Part shown: piece by piece, positions 24,027 to 34,703 of the stretch
How the letters are laid out: every line of letters begins with the position of its first letter
Numbering within the stretch: position 1 is the first letter of the stretch
Assembly: GCF_018350175.1 (NCBI RefSeq)
Contig: NC_058368.1
Location: forward strand, 88,910,001 to 88,974,000
From: Felis catus
Taxonomy: Eukaryota
DNA: 64,000 bases
Reading direction: 5' to 3'
Notes under the pieces: generated by a model
The model's input: the letters and a program-made list of their open reading frames with translations, nothing else
Told to the model about the DNA's origin: nothing
The model's database searches: none
Translations under genes and position numbers: made by a program

Positions 24027-24390
24027 TGTTATGCCCAAAATTCGTGATCCCCAAATACTGCCAGGGAGCCGAGTCCGATGCAAAAGCAAAAGAGCCTTTA
24101 TTCGAGCTAGCTCGAGCTCAATCCCCTACCTGCACCAACGCAGCGGTGAGATACCAGGGAGCGAGTTTCAAAAGCACAAAGGTTTTATAGGGGTCTAGGG
24201 GCAGTTGGTGAGGTAATGGCTTGGCCTCAGCTGATTGGCTGGGGTAGGGTCGGAGTCCTGTTACGCAGGTCGCTGGGCATGTTTTGATCAGGAACTTTGA
24301 ACGGGTGAGCGGGAGGTTACTCAAGGGGAGGAAGCGTGGTCTAGGTGAAGGACACAGAACAAGATGGAGTCGGCTGGCGTAGGCCCGCCC
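24027..24390 (-). repeat. 5' LTR of the gammaretroviral provirus, missing its outer 5 bp
   Basis: Aligns with 18024-18394 (~20 substitutions and 2 indels by hand count). The terminal tttca (minus TGAAA) is absent. Confidence 0.93.
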
Positions 24391-26480
24391 CTGACTTCTT
24401 GAGAGGAGCTGATGCTCACAGAAGCAGACTGGGTTTCACTTGTGCTGGTTGCTGCAGCATTTGGCATCTTTGGACAAAACTGGTCGTATTCTAGTCAGAA
24501 ACTGGAAAATAGCTAATTCATACGTCCATAAATTGTCATGCTATCTTGCCATTTGATTTGCTTTAATAATGGGGAGATCATTGGAAATTGGATCTTTCAT
24601 GTTCACTCCACAAATATCAGTGAAACAAAGGCTAGATTTTGTCTGCATCTTGATTGTGTATATGTGCCCATATGTGTTAAAAGTGTGACCTATATTTTTT
24701 CTACCTCTGGATAGTATTCCTAAAAATAATTTATAGATGAGCTCTACTTAACTGGCTTAAAATCAAGCACTTGTGGAAGACTGTGCCTTCTAAACCTCAT
24801 AAAAATAAAAACTAAAAGTGTTTTTCAAGTTCACATGATCTGGGATGAAATCACCTACACTCAGCTTTCTTGTGACTCCATCATAAAGATGCCTCGTGGG
24901 GAGGATCCCAATTTATGGTCCAAAAAGATTAGGATGGGTGAAAATCTACAATACCGGACACTCTTGCCAATCATCAGAATAATGAGAAAAAGAAGAAGGA
25001 AGACAGGCTGACACTGGAAATATTCAATCCACCTCCTCAAGCAGGAGCACCAGCTGTCCAACCCATTTCCTGCTCCTCTGCCTCCACCAGAGGGCTCAAA
25101 AGCAAGTATAGAAAAAGACATGTTTTGCAGGAGGAAGAGACAGGAGTCGGTGACAGCAGAATGTTAGTCCAAACTTTGAACCTGCTTCTGGCCTTGCTGG
25201 TGGCATCCCTACCAACACACCTCAGCCCCTGCCTTCCCCTCCTCTAGTTCCTGTACTACCGGCAAGGCTTCCACTGTCACAGTGGACTCCTATCCTATCC
25301 TCCACACCTCTGCCACTATTAGATCTTGCTTCTCCTACCCTCACTGTTGAGGAGCAAAAGTACCCCAGGCTGTTGGGTTGCAGCCTTATGAGGCTCAGAG
25401 TGGAGCATCTACCAAAGCAACATGAAAAGGTTCCAGGCCTGCTCTGGGATTAAATTGCCCACTTCAGATTTCCCTATGGGAGCCCCAGGTAAAATTGTTG
25501 TGGAACAAAGTGATTAACTTTTAGTGGGTACAGGTGCCACATATTCCATACTAAACATTGTTCTTTCAAGGAAGAGAGATATGTCTTCCTGAGTTATTAG
25601 TGTCAAACGTGATATAGATAATCCACTTTTATTCTACCTGAATTTATTAGTTAAATTTATGTTGTAATTATTGCTGTCGGCAAGGATTCCTGAAAGTGCT
25701 GAATGATTTTGCCTATTTTATTAAGTATTCGCTGGTTTCATGAAGTTTACTAGATCAAAGGGTAAGTTGAGTTAATGTCACTAGATGTCTAAGTCTTCCA
25801 AAGAAGCTAAAACATTAAACCATTCATTGCTAAACAGAGGTTTATCAGTTTTTGGCTTCTTATTATAGAGATGTAAAGGTAAATATGGGTGTATTGGAAA
25901 CATGTTTCATGCATTATAAAAGAGTTGTACTATGAAAGAACATGTTCTAAAAGTTACAAAATATTCATGAATTTGCTAACCTAAAGAATTGTCCTGTGAT
26001 AATTCACAACTGGTCACTACTTAGTTTTCAGCAGATAAATGGAATTGAGACTGCTGAATATTATAATGAACAATCTTTTCTTTTTTTATTTTTATTTTTG
26101 AGAGAGAGAAAGAGCAAGCAGAGGTGGGGAAAAGATACAGAGAGAGATAAAGAATACCAAACAGCCTCTGTACTGTCAGTGCAGAGCCTGACTTGGGGCC
26201 TGAACTCACAAATCATGAGATCATGACCTGAGCTAAAACCAAGCATTGGACGCTTAGCGAACTGAGGCACCAGGGCACCCCGAAGGAAACAATCTTGTAT
26301 GTAAAAAATCATGAGACATATATAGAAGGAATGAGAAGTGAGAACACATTTTTCTTGAAAGAAAAGAATGTAATTTTGCCATGAAACAAGAGAGATTATT
26401 TGGAAAGGGAAAAACTTCGGACCAAATCTCAATGAAAGAGAAAGTTGTAGGAGAATGTGAAGGCAAATTTTCAAAAAAAA
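24391..26480 (+). mobile_element. Internal fragment of an older class I ERV (gag/pro remnant plus AT-rich internal region), no LTR
   Basis: Protease remnant ISLWEPQVKL.../LVGTGATYSILN at ~25468-25556. 26290-26470 resembles 37960-38140 of the other old ERV. Confidence 0.65.
26078..26281 (-). mobile_element. CAN-SINE (older subfamily)
   Basis: The minus strand reads gggtgccctggtgcctcagttcgctaagcgtccaa... with a CT region and A tail. Flanked by the repeat aacaatctt (26069-26077, 26288-26296). Confidence 0.88.
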
Positions 26481-26507
26481 AAAAATATGTATGGAAAGGA
26501 CTGACTG

Positions 26508-26957
26508 ACCTAACTTCAAGCTATATTACACAGCTGTAGTCATCAAGACAGTACGGTCCTGACATAAAAACAGGCACATAGATCAATGGAACAGAATACA
26601 AAACCCAGAAATGGATCCACAACTCTATGGTCTTCTAATCTTCAACAAAGCAGGGAAGAATGGCCAATGGGAAAAGGACCATCCCTTTAACAAATGGTGT
26701 TGGGAAAACGGGACAGCAACATGCAGAAGAAGGAAACTGGACCACTTCCTTACAGTGTACAAAAAGAAATCCAGACTGGATGCAAGACCTAAATGTGAGA
26801 CAGGAAACCATCAAAATCCTAGAGGAGAACACAGGCAGCAAAATCTTTGTCTTTGGCCTTAGCAAATTCTTACCAGGCACATCACCATAAGCAAGGAAAA
26901 CAAAACCAAAAATGAACTATTGGGAATTCCTCAAGATAAAACGTAAAACACCACCAC

Positions 26958-26989
<32 letters not shown>

Positions 26990-27339
26990 CAAACAAAACA
27001 AAAACTTCTGTGCGGTGAAGAAAACCATCAGCAAAAGTAAAAGACAGCCTATGGAATGGGAGAAGATATTTGCAAATGACATATCCAATCAAGGTTATTA
27101 TCCAGAATACATAAAGAGGTTATACAACTCGATGCCCCCAAAACAAAGAATCCAGTTAAGAAATGGGTAGAAGAGGCATGCTGGGTAGCACAGTTCTGTG
27201 TCCAACTCTTGATTTCAGCTCAGGGCATGATCTCATGGTTTATGGGATCGAGCTCCTCATCGGGTTCTGTGCCAACATCATGGAGCTTGCTTAGGATTCT
27301 CTCTTCTTCTTTCTCTGTCTCTCCCCATGTGTGTGTGTG

Positions 27340-27371
<32 letters not shown>

Positions 27372-27718
27372 AAATTAATAAATCTTTTACAAATGAAATA
27401 TAAGATATGAATAGACATTTTTGCAAATAAGACATCAAGATGGCTAAAAGACACATGAAAAGATGCTCAACATCACTCATCATCAGGGAAATACCAATCA
27501 AAACCATGATGAGATCCCACCTCACTCCTATTAGAATGTTTAACATTAACAACACAAGACATAATAGGTGTGGTGAGGATTCAGGGAAAGAGGAAGCCTC
27601 TTGTACTGATGGTGGGATTGCAAACTGGTACAACCACTCTGGAAAACTGTATGGAGGTGCCTGAAAAAGTTAAAAATAGAACGACCCTATGATCCAGCAA
27701 TTACGCTCCTAGTTACCC
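26508..27718 (+). mobile_element. L1 ORF2 3' fragment, truncated at both ends
   Basis: [17 protein letters not shown]...FNKWCWEN and MAKRHMKRCSTSLIIRE motifs. Confidence 0.9.
27175..27390 (+). mobile_element. CAN-SINE inserted in the L1 fragment
   Basis: Head ggcatgctgggtagcacag...gatttcagctcagggcatgatctcatgg, (CT)n, aataaattaataaa tail. Confidence 0.85.
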
Positions 27719-28070
27719 AAGCAAGCAGCAGAGGCCCAGCCTGCATCCTCCTCTGACCTGAAAGCAGGGACTGGCTGCTCTACTGAGAAGCAGAGCTATG
27801 GAACAGGAGGCACACAAGTGTCTGGGGTGTATCATGGGATGGGGCCTGAATGAGGCCCAGGCCTGGCCCTACACCCAGGCTGTGGCAGGGGTGCTGTTCA
27901 GGAGGTCAGAATTAGGGGAGTGTGGGCTCTTCCCTGCCCCCTGGCTCACTCCCAGGTACCCCGATGACCTCAGTGCTGGCTTGTCCTCTGAATTCCTCAG
28001 GTATCCACTCAGTCCCAGGGGTCGCTCCCTTCCCAAATAAGGCCTTAACCTCATAAAGAGTCTGTAGATA

Positions 28071-28152
28071 GTATTGAGGAGGGCACCTTTTGGGATGAGC
28101 ACTGGGTGTTGTATGGAAACCAATTTAACAATAAATTTCATATATTGAAAAA
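28071..28152 (+). mobile_element. Very short (~82 bp) 5'-truncated felid L1 3' end
   Basis: Closely matches the 3' terminus of the 4792-10938 L1. 16-bp TSD aaagagtctgtagata (28055-28070) / aaagagtctgtaaata (28153-28168). Confidence 0.92.
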
Positions 28153-28469
28153 AAAGAGTCTGTAAATATTGGAAACTGCAAGCTACACCTGAAAAATGTG
28201 TACAAATTATGTCCCCAAAATTGTTCTAGTTGTACCATTCTAAAGAAATAGAGATTAATGGTATACATGTACCCTTCAGTACAAGTATGAGAGTCAAAAT
28301 ATTGGAATTGGCCCAATTATTCAACTTGTAGAGACACAGAGTAAATGATGATGTGTGGCCACTGAGGATGCAGAAGGGGACAGGACTTGAGCCTGTCCAT
28401 TGTGGGGACATCAGGTACTAAAGAGCATACTGATGGAACCCTCCCCGCCCAACCTGTCACACAACTCAT

Positions 28470-28494
28470 ACACACACACACACACACACACACA
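28470..28494. repeat. (CA)n microsatellite
   Basis: Pure ac run of ~12 units. Confidence 0.9.
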
Positions 28495-28589
28495 AATTGC
28501 TGCACTCAAAGAGAAAGAACTGGAAGGATGGACACCGTGTCTAATGGCAAATATTTCTTGACAGGGGTATATCATTTTCTTCATTTGTA

Positions 28590-28781
28590 TTTGTATTTAT
28601 TTATTTAATATTTTTTCCTAATTATTAATTTTGAGAAAGAAAGAGAGAGAGAGAGAATCCTGAGGAGGGCTTCCTGCTGTCAGTGTAGAGCCTGATTTGG
28701 GGCTTGATCCCATGAACGATGAGATCATGACCTGAGACAAAATCAAGTCAGACACTCAACCAATTGTGCCACCTTGGCGCC
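28590..28781 (-). mobile_element. CAN-SINE (older subfamily)
   Basis: Minus-strand head ggcgccaaggtggcacaattggttgagtgtctgact...tcaggtcatgatctc, with (CT)n and A-rich tail. Confidence 0.85.
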
Positions 28782-29269
28782 TGTCATTATTCAAATTTTT
28801 ATTTTTTATTTAAGAAACAACATCGGTATAAAACCTATATCAGAAGTAAATGAGAAGATTTCATATTTGAATTTGATATTTATTTAATATGCACCTTAGA
28901 CTAATTTAAAAATGGCCTGTCCAGGAAAATGAAAGGTCTTCAAGGTATTACTCTGCTCCAGACATTTCTCTTGTGGCTTTTGGCTCTCCAGTCAAACTTC
29001 TAAATGAGATCCTTATCCCAGATAATGAAGATATTTCAAGTAGGGGGCTTCACATAATCTTTGCTCTTTGGGGAATATTCCTGTGTCATAAAAATATTAG
29101 TTTCATTGAATATTTAACCAATTATTAATCACTCTCATGTTATGTAGCCAGACACAATAAGCCATGTTGTGTGATTGCACACACCTGAAAACCCCAGAGG
29201 AGCTACAGCAGCAGAAACTGAGGCCAGTGGTTGCAGAGACCAGGGTGAGGGTTGAGCCATGGCTGATGG

Positions 29270-29660
29270 GTAGTATACATGTGTCTGTGATGGAAATGTT
29301 CTAGGAGTACATAATGGTCATGGTTGTATAATTCTGTGAATGTACGTAATGTCACGTCAATGTATAATTTAAAAAGATCAGAGTAGGGGCGCCTGAGTGG
29401 CACAGTCGGTTAAGCGTCCGACTTCAGCCAGGTCACGATCTCGCGGTCCGGGAGTTCGAGCCCCGCATCGGGCTCTGGGCTGATGGCTCAGAGCCTGGAG
29501 CCTGTCTCCGATTCTGTGTCTTCCTCTCTCTCTGCCCCTCCCCCGTTCATGCTCTGTCTCTCTCTGTCCCAAAAATAAATAAATGTTGAAAAAAAATTAA
29601 AAGAAAAAAAAATGTCAGAGTAAAATTTTATCTGAAGTTATGTTTTATTTACAAAGAAAA
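29270..29660 (+). mobile_element. Old L1 (L1M-type) 3' end, split by a SINE
   Basis: gtgatggaaatgttctagg...atggtcatggttgtataattctgtgaatgtac...gtaaaattttat resembles ancient eutherian L1 3'UTR ends. Confidence 0.55.
29386..29612 (+). mobile_element. Young CAN-SINE (SINEC_Fc-type)
   Basis: CpG-rich head ggggcgcctgagtggcacagtcggttaagcgtccgacttcagcc, (CT)n, AATAAA, A tail. tcagagta repeated on both sides. Confidence 0.95.
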
Positions 29661-30099
29661 TATCTAAGGCCGCTAAATATCTCTATACAAACCACAAAAA
29701 TTACAAAGACTGCAATGACAGCGGAAGGGAATTCATCCTTTGGGGCTGCAGCCAACATGAGCCACTGCTCAGGAGCTAAGGCTGGTTGCTCAGCTACAGC
29801 AGGTGGTTGCTCCAGCCCTTCCATGACCCCTCCAGCTGGGGCTGGAGGCTGCTCAGGTTGTGGGTCCACCAAAGGGGCAGGTGGCTCTTCCAGCTCCTGA
29901 CAGTGAATCAGAGCTGGGACTACCACTTGCACTGGTGGGGACGCTGCAGGGAGGGTCACCACTTCTTCTAATTGCTGAGCTCCAGAATGAGTGGTGGCTT
30001 CAGGCAGCCTGGGCTGTGAAGCTGCAGTGGGCACCACAGAGATAGCGGGGGCTAGCTCCTGAGGGACATCTGGATCTTGCTCTGGAGCTGGTGCCATAG
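29645..30099 (-). pseudogene. RALGDS-like terminal exon: Pro/Ala/Glu-rich linker plus hydrophobic C-terminus
   Basis: ttcttgaag|CTATGGCACCAGCT is in phase with the previous exon and open for ~150 codons to TAA at 29645-29647, which overlaps AATAAA (29644-29649). Confidence 0.75.
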
Positions 30100-30355
30100 C
30101 TTCAAGAATAGAAACTGTCATCACCATGATTGCCATTCCATGGCCCTTCCAAATAAAGGAAACCTCTCTCACAGACGTTGTCATCTGAGTCAAAGAACCC
30201 ACCAGGAAGAATTCTCCCCAGATGGCAGGCTAATGGTACAGTGATATGAGACTATGCGCTCCTCCTAGCCCAACTGCAGTCTCAGGAAACATGCACTGTG
30301 TGGCATACCTTGTCCCCTCCACATGCCCACATCTCCCACACAGAGTCCTCCTCAC

Positions 30356-30556
30356 CCACAGACTCTGGCTCATTGGGCTCAAGGTATCTCCACAATGAGA
30401 AGAGAAAGTGGGCACAGCGCTCCAGATCTGAGCCTTGCATGTTGAGCCACGTATGCCACGTATGCTAGCAGCATTTTCAGGCTGAGGAATTCTGGGGGCT
30501 GGAAAAATTCCTCAGGGTAGTAGTCCATCCAGGTGCCCAAAATGGAGGAGATGGCC
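30356..30556 (-). pseudogene. RALGDS-like exon (REM C-terminal part), 201 nt, frameshifted
   Basis: tatcgccag|GGCCATCTCC...TCTGTGG|gtgagg. Translation AISSILGTWMDYYPEEFFQPPEFLSLKMLLAYV/LNMQGSDLERCAHFLFSLWRYLEPNEPESV. 9-bp tandem duplication at 30448-30465. Confidence 0.88.
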
Positions 30557-31491
30557 CTGGCGATACAAAAATAGCCAGAAGAACCAGGACGGGGTGCTCC
30601 TCCCGCACTGATGTCTCAGGACATCCCTGTTGGACCTGGCCTCTATGCCTCCTGCTCCTGGCTGTCCAGAGGCTGTTCCTACACCTTGTGACTTCGGAGT
30701 CCTGCTTGAGATAGTTTAGTCACTGAAGAGGGGCTGGCCAAAGTCTTTTTGACTGGGACCCGTTAACCAATGATGTGGCCAAGTCTGTCCTTCTTGGGGA
30801 AGCCAGACATACTCCTTGGTGTGTCCACCTGCCTACCTCCCACTTGAACTGAACTCCGTGCGTGAGTGGCGGGGTGGTGTCAGGATGAGTCAGTGCCTTC
30901 ACTGCACACACTAGTGCTCCATGAAAATTTGAACAAATATGGGACAAAGGGACTCTGTCTCTTACCTGGGCTTGCTGGGACCCTCCTCATACCTTAAATG
31001 TGACGACCTGTGCCTATATGCTGCCTCATTCACTCAGTGCACATGTGGGTGTCCTCCCACTGACACTGGTCTCCCACAGGGTGGGAGATATCTGGTCCTT
31101 GAACCCTCACTGGGTCTCCTGAACACTTGCTAAGCACCCACTGTTGAAGTTCCACAAGGTGGTGAGCGTGCTCCTCCCCAAAACCTTTAATCTGGGTCCC
31201 CTGGTGGGGGTGGAGGCAGGGCTGGGAGTGGGAAGGGATAGGGTTGGACTCTCTAAGGGGCTGACTCTGTCCTCTGGTGCCCTTTTCTATTTCACTGTGC
31301 CCACAGCCTATCCTCTAACCTACAGGACAGGACCCTTTTCCTTGCTTCCAGGGAGAAGCCCTCAGACCTTTGCCCTCTCACAGGACTCTCAGATGTGTGG
31401 GATGCTGGGTCCTGCAGCCCCTCCCCCCCACAGTCCCGGCACTGCCCTCTTGGAGAAGGAAGGCCTTCTAGCATGACCTCAGCCTACTCAC

Positions 31492-31551
31492 ATTTTCTCC
31501 TGCTTCCAGGGTCCGCCATCCTCCTCAGTGTCAGGAAGGAAACAGCCATAT
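31492..31551 (-). pseudogene. RALGDS-like exon, 60 nt
   Basis: ggcctcctccag|ATATGGC...AAAAT|gtgagt. Translation (R)YGCFLPDTEEDGGPWKQEK(M), cf. RalGDS RYGCILPYSDEDGGPQDQLKN. Confidence 0.85.
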
Positions 31552-32152
31552 CTGGAGGAGGCCAGAAGGGCATCATATAAGTTGTCCTGTGGATACTACC
31601 TCTTGTCATATCCAGGGTCACTGACTGCTGACTAGAATGGAGCTCTGGAGGGGAGGGTGCTGTCTGCTCTGTGCATTGGATCCCAGTCAGCTCCTACAGA
31701 AATGCCTGCATGTAGTGGGGCTTCCTGTATGTTTGATGATTTTTAGGGCCCCATTCCACCCCATCACACATATTGGAGTGGGCCTGAGCCTCATGCTTAT
31801 TCCCCGGTATTTTGCTCTGGTTTGCCCCAGGATTCATACCCCCACATGGAGCCTCACATCTCATTTTCAAATGGGAAAACAGCCCAACTCAAGACCTGGT
31901 GACATTGAGTGATGAGGCAAAAACCTCATCATGGGGTAGAGGACAATGATATCCCAGGGAAGACACAGCCCTGCCAGCAGACCTTTCCACAGGGCCAGGG
32001 TCACTTTCCGTGCAGGGCCTCACTGTGTCCCTGTAATTATTCTACCCTGATCAGAGAAACAAACTGAGACTCGGGAAGGTTTGGTGAATTTCCCTAGACT
32101 CAAAGCCTTAAGGGGCTGAATCAAACTGGGCTGCGGAGGGCAGGGTGCTCAC

Positions 32153-32352
32153 CTCATAAACAATAGTTTCAGGACTTGTTGGGTGGTAGCAAAAGCTCTG
32201 TACGTGCCCAAGAATGTGCAGAGGTAGGTGTGGTCTCTCCCCAGGAAGGCAGGCACCAGGTGCTCCACTCGCTGTTCCAATAGCATCCAGCCTCCTTTGA
32301 TGGTCTACTCCACACAGTTCTCATTCTCATTCACGGGTGCGGCCTTTTTACC
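32153..32352 (-). pseudogene. RALGDS-like exon (REM N-terminal part), 200 nt, internal stop
   Basis: ctctgttctacctcag|GGT...ATGAG|gtgagc. Translation GKKAAPVNENENCVE*TIKGGWMLLEQRVEHLVPAFLG...TYRAFATTQQVL. Confidence 0.88.
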
Positions 32353-34527
32353 CTGAGGTAGAACAGAGGAGGGACACAAAGTCAGACACAGCACCATGGA
32401 CATCAGGAGGGTTGGGGTCCAGAATGCAGACCAAAACCTCCAGCCCCAAGTGACTTGTGGCAAGAGTGAGACCTGGGTGCCCACAGTAGGAAAAAGGATC
32501 TTGGCATTCACATGAGAATTTGAGGTGGGGAATGACTGAACACGTTAGGATCTGAGGTCAGATTGTTAGAGGAGTATGGACAGCACCTCCCTGCATTAAC
32601 AGCATCGTCCCTGTGATTACCAACAACACACTCCTTTCTAGAGATCAGAAAACAGGCATTTCCTGGGATGGGGTTGGAATCAGGATAATAGGACATGTAG
32701 GATGTTCAGTGCAGCACTGTGACATGGCAAAAGAAGAGAATCATGTGAAATCACCACAACTGTGAAGGGCTGAATGGGTGTGGTAACCAGTGTCCCTTCT
32801 GGAATGTTGTCTAGGCAGTGAGGCCCCTGTTCCTGATCTGGAGGGGCTCCAGGGATGTTTTCCTTGGCAACCAAACTGAAGGGCAACAACATAATATCAT
32901 GAACTGCAAGTCCCTTTGGGAAAATATCCCTGTTCATCATAATCATGTGCCAGATGTGGAGAAGGTGTGGAAGGATGGCCAGGCCAACAGGAACACTTGG
33001 AAAGAGGAGGTGGGAAAATATGTACAATAGTGCACACATGCTCTAGACAGAATGGGACGTGAAATGGTTTTAGGTCTCTTTTCTGATATTCCTACAGACA
33101 TGTGGAGAGTGACTTTTTATCTGGCCATGGCAAGGGCTGGGCCATAAGAACATGTTTGGGGAGGAGATCGGGTTCCAGGTTCATCTGGGGACAGAAGTAG
33201 TGTATAAGTTTCTAGGAATTTGTCCATTTCTTCCAGATTTCCCATTTTATTGGCATATAATTGCTCATAATATTCTCTTATTATTGTTTTTATTTCTGCT
33301 GTGTTGGTTGTGATTTCTTCTCTTTCATTCTTGATTTTACTTATTTTGGTCCTTTCCTTTTTCTTCTTGATTAAAGTGGCTAGTGGTTTATCAATTTTGT
33401 TAATTCTTTCAAAGAAAAAGCTTCTGGTTTCATTGATCTGTTCTACTGTTTGGTTTTTGTTTTTTTGTTTTTTTGTTTTTTTGTTTTTTTTTTTTTTGGT
33501 TTCGATAGGATTAATTTCTGCTCTAATCTTTATTATTTCCTGTCTTCTGCTGGTTTGGGGTTTTATTTGCTGTCCTTTTTCCAGCTCCTTAAGGTGTAAG
33601 GTTAGGTTGTGTATCTGAGATCTTTCTTCCTTCTTTAGGAAGGCCAGTATTGCTATATACTTTCCTCTTATGACTGCCTTTGCTGCATCCCAGAGGTTTT
33701 GGGTTGTGGTGCTATCATTTTCATTGACTTCCATATACTTTTAATTTCTTCTTTAACTCCTTGGTTAGCCCATTCATTCTTTAGTAGGATGTTCTTCAGT
33801 CTCCAAGTATTTGTTACCTTTCCAAGTTTTTTCTCGTGGTTGATTTCGAGTTTCATAGCATTGTGGTCTGAAAATATGCACGGTATGATCTCGATCTTTT
33901 TGTACTTACTTAGGGCTGATTTATGTTCCAGTATATGGTCTATTCTGGAGAACGTTCCATGTGCACTGGAGAAGAATGTATACCTTTCTCCTTTAGGATG
34001 AAATGTTCTGAATATGTCTGTTAAGTCCATCTGGTCCAATGTGTCATTCAAAGCCATTGTTTCCTTATTGATTGATTAGATGATCTGTCCATTGCTGTGA
34101 GTGGGGTGTTGAAGTCTCCTACTATTATGGTATTAGTAATCGATGAGTTTCTTGATGTTTCTGATTAATTGATTTACATATTTGGGTGCTGCCACATTTG
34201 GCACATAAATGTTTACAATTGTTAGGTCTTCTTGGTCTATAGACCCCTTGATTATGATATAATGCCCTTCTGCATCTCTTGATACAGTCTTTATTTTGAA
34301 GTCTAGATTGTCTGATATAAGTATGGCTACTCTGGCTTTCTTTTGTTGACCATTAGCATGATAGATGGTTCTCCACCCCCTTATTTTCAATCTGTAGGTG
34401 TTTTTAGGTATAAATTGGGTCTCTTGTAAACAGCATATAGATGGGTCTTGTTTTCTTATCCATTCTGTTATCCTATGTATTTTGATTGGATCATTGAGTC
34501 CACTGATGTTTAGAGTGAGTACTGATA

Positions 34528-34554
34528 GTGCTCGCTTTGGCAGCACATATACTA
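34528..34554 (+). pseudogene. RNU6: Tailless U6 snRNA 5' fragment (27 nt) retrocopy
   Basis: gtgctcgctttggcagcacatatacta matches U6 nt 1-27 with one C>T. Flanked by the TSD agagtgagtactgata / agagtgagtactgaaa. Confidence 0.92.
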
Positions 34555-34668
34555 GAGTGAGTACTGAAAGATATAAATTTATTACCATTATCATGCTTGT
34601 AGAGTCAGAGTTTCTGGTGGTGTTCTCTGGTCCTTTCTAATCTTTTTTTTTTTTTTTTTTTGCTGTTG

Positions 34669-34671
<3 letters not shown>

Positions 34672-34700
<29 letters not shown>
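34672..34700. repeat. (TA)n microsatellite in the L1 inter-ORF region, next to a T run
   Basis: Pure ta run. Confidence 0.85.

Positions 34701-34703
<3 letters not shown>

Larger units (their letters stand above)
18024..24390 (-). mobile_element. Gammaretroviral (MLV-like) provirus lacking almost all of env
   Basis: Paired LTRs 18024-18399 and 24027-24390; perfect tRNA-Pro PBS; PPT aaggggggaa; MLV-like gag and pol. Confidence 0.95.
29645..32352 (-). pseudogene. Unprocessed (intron-containing) RALGDS-like pseudogene, four exons, REM domain plus Pro/Ala/Glu linker, no CDC25 domain
   Basis: Exons 32352-32153, 31551-31492, 30556-30356 and 30099-29645 have AG/GT boundaries and matching phases. 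They translate to RalGDS-like VEHLVPAFLGRDHTYLCTFLGTYRAFATTQQVLKLLFMR, YGCFLPDTEEDGGP, AISSILGTWMDYYPEEFFQPPEF...LNMQGSDLERCAH and APAPEQDP. In-frame TAG at 32305-32307; frameshift at ~30447-30465. Confidence 0.88.

Noticed and set aside
29645..30202. Stand-alone 185-aa single-exon gene as listed in the ORF track
   Set aside because: It has a non-ATG start, and its first ~34 codons are intron. It is better explained as the last exon of the RALGDS-like gene.
32508..32696. Further upstream RALGDS-like exon
   Set aside because: An acceptor-like site exists, but the translation does not resemble RalGDS and the apparent donor phase does not fit the next exon.
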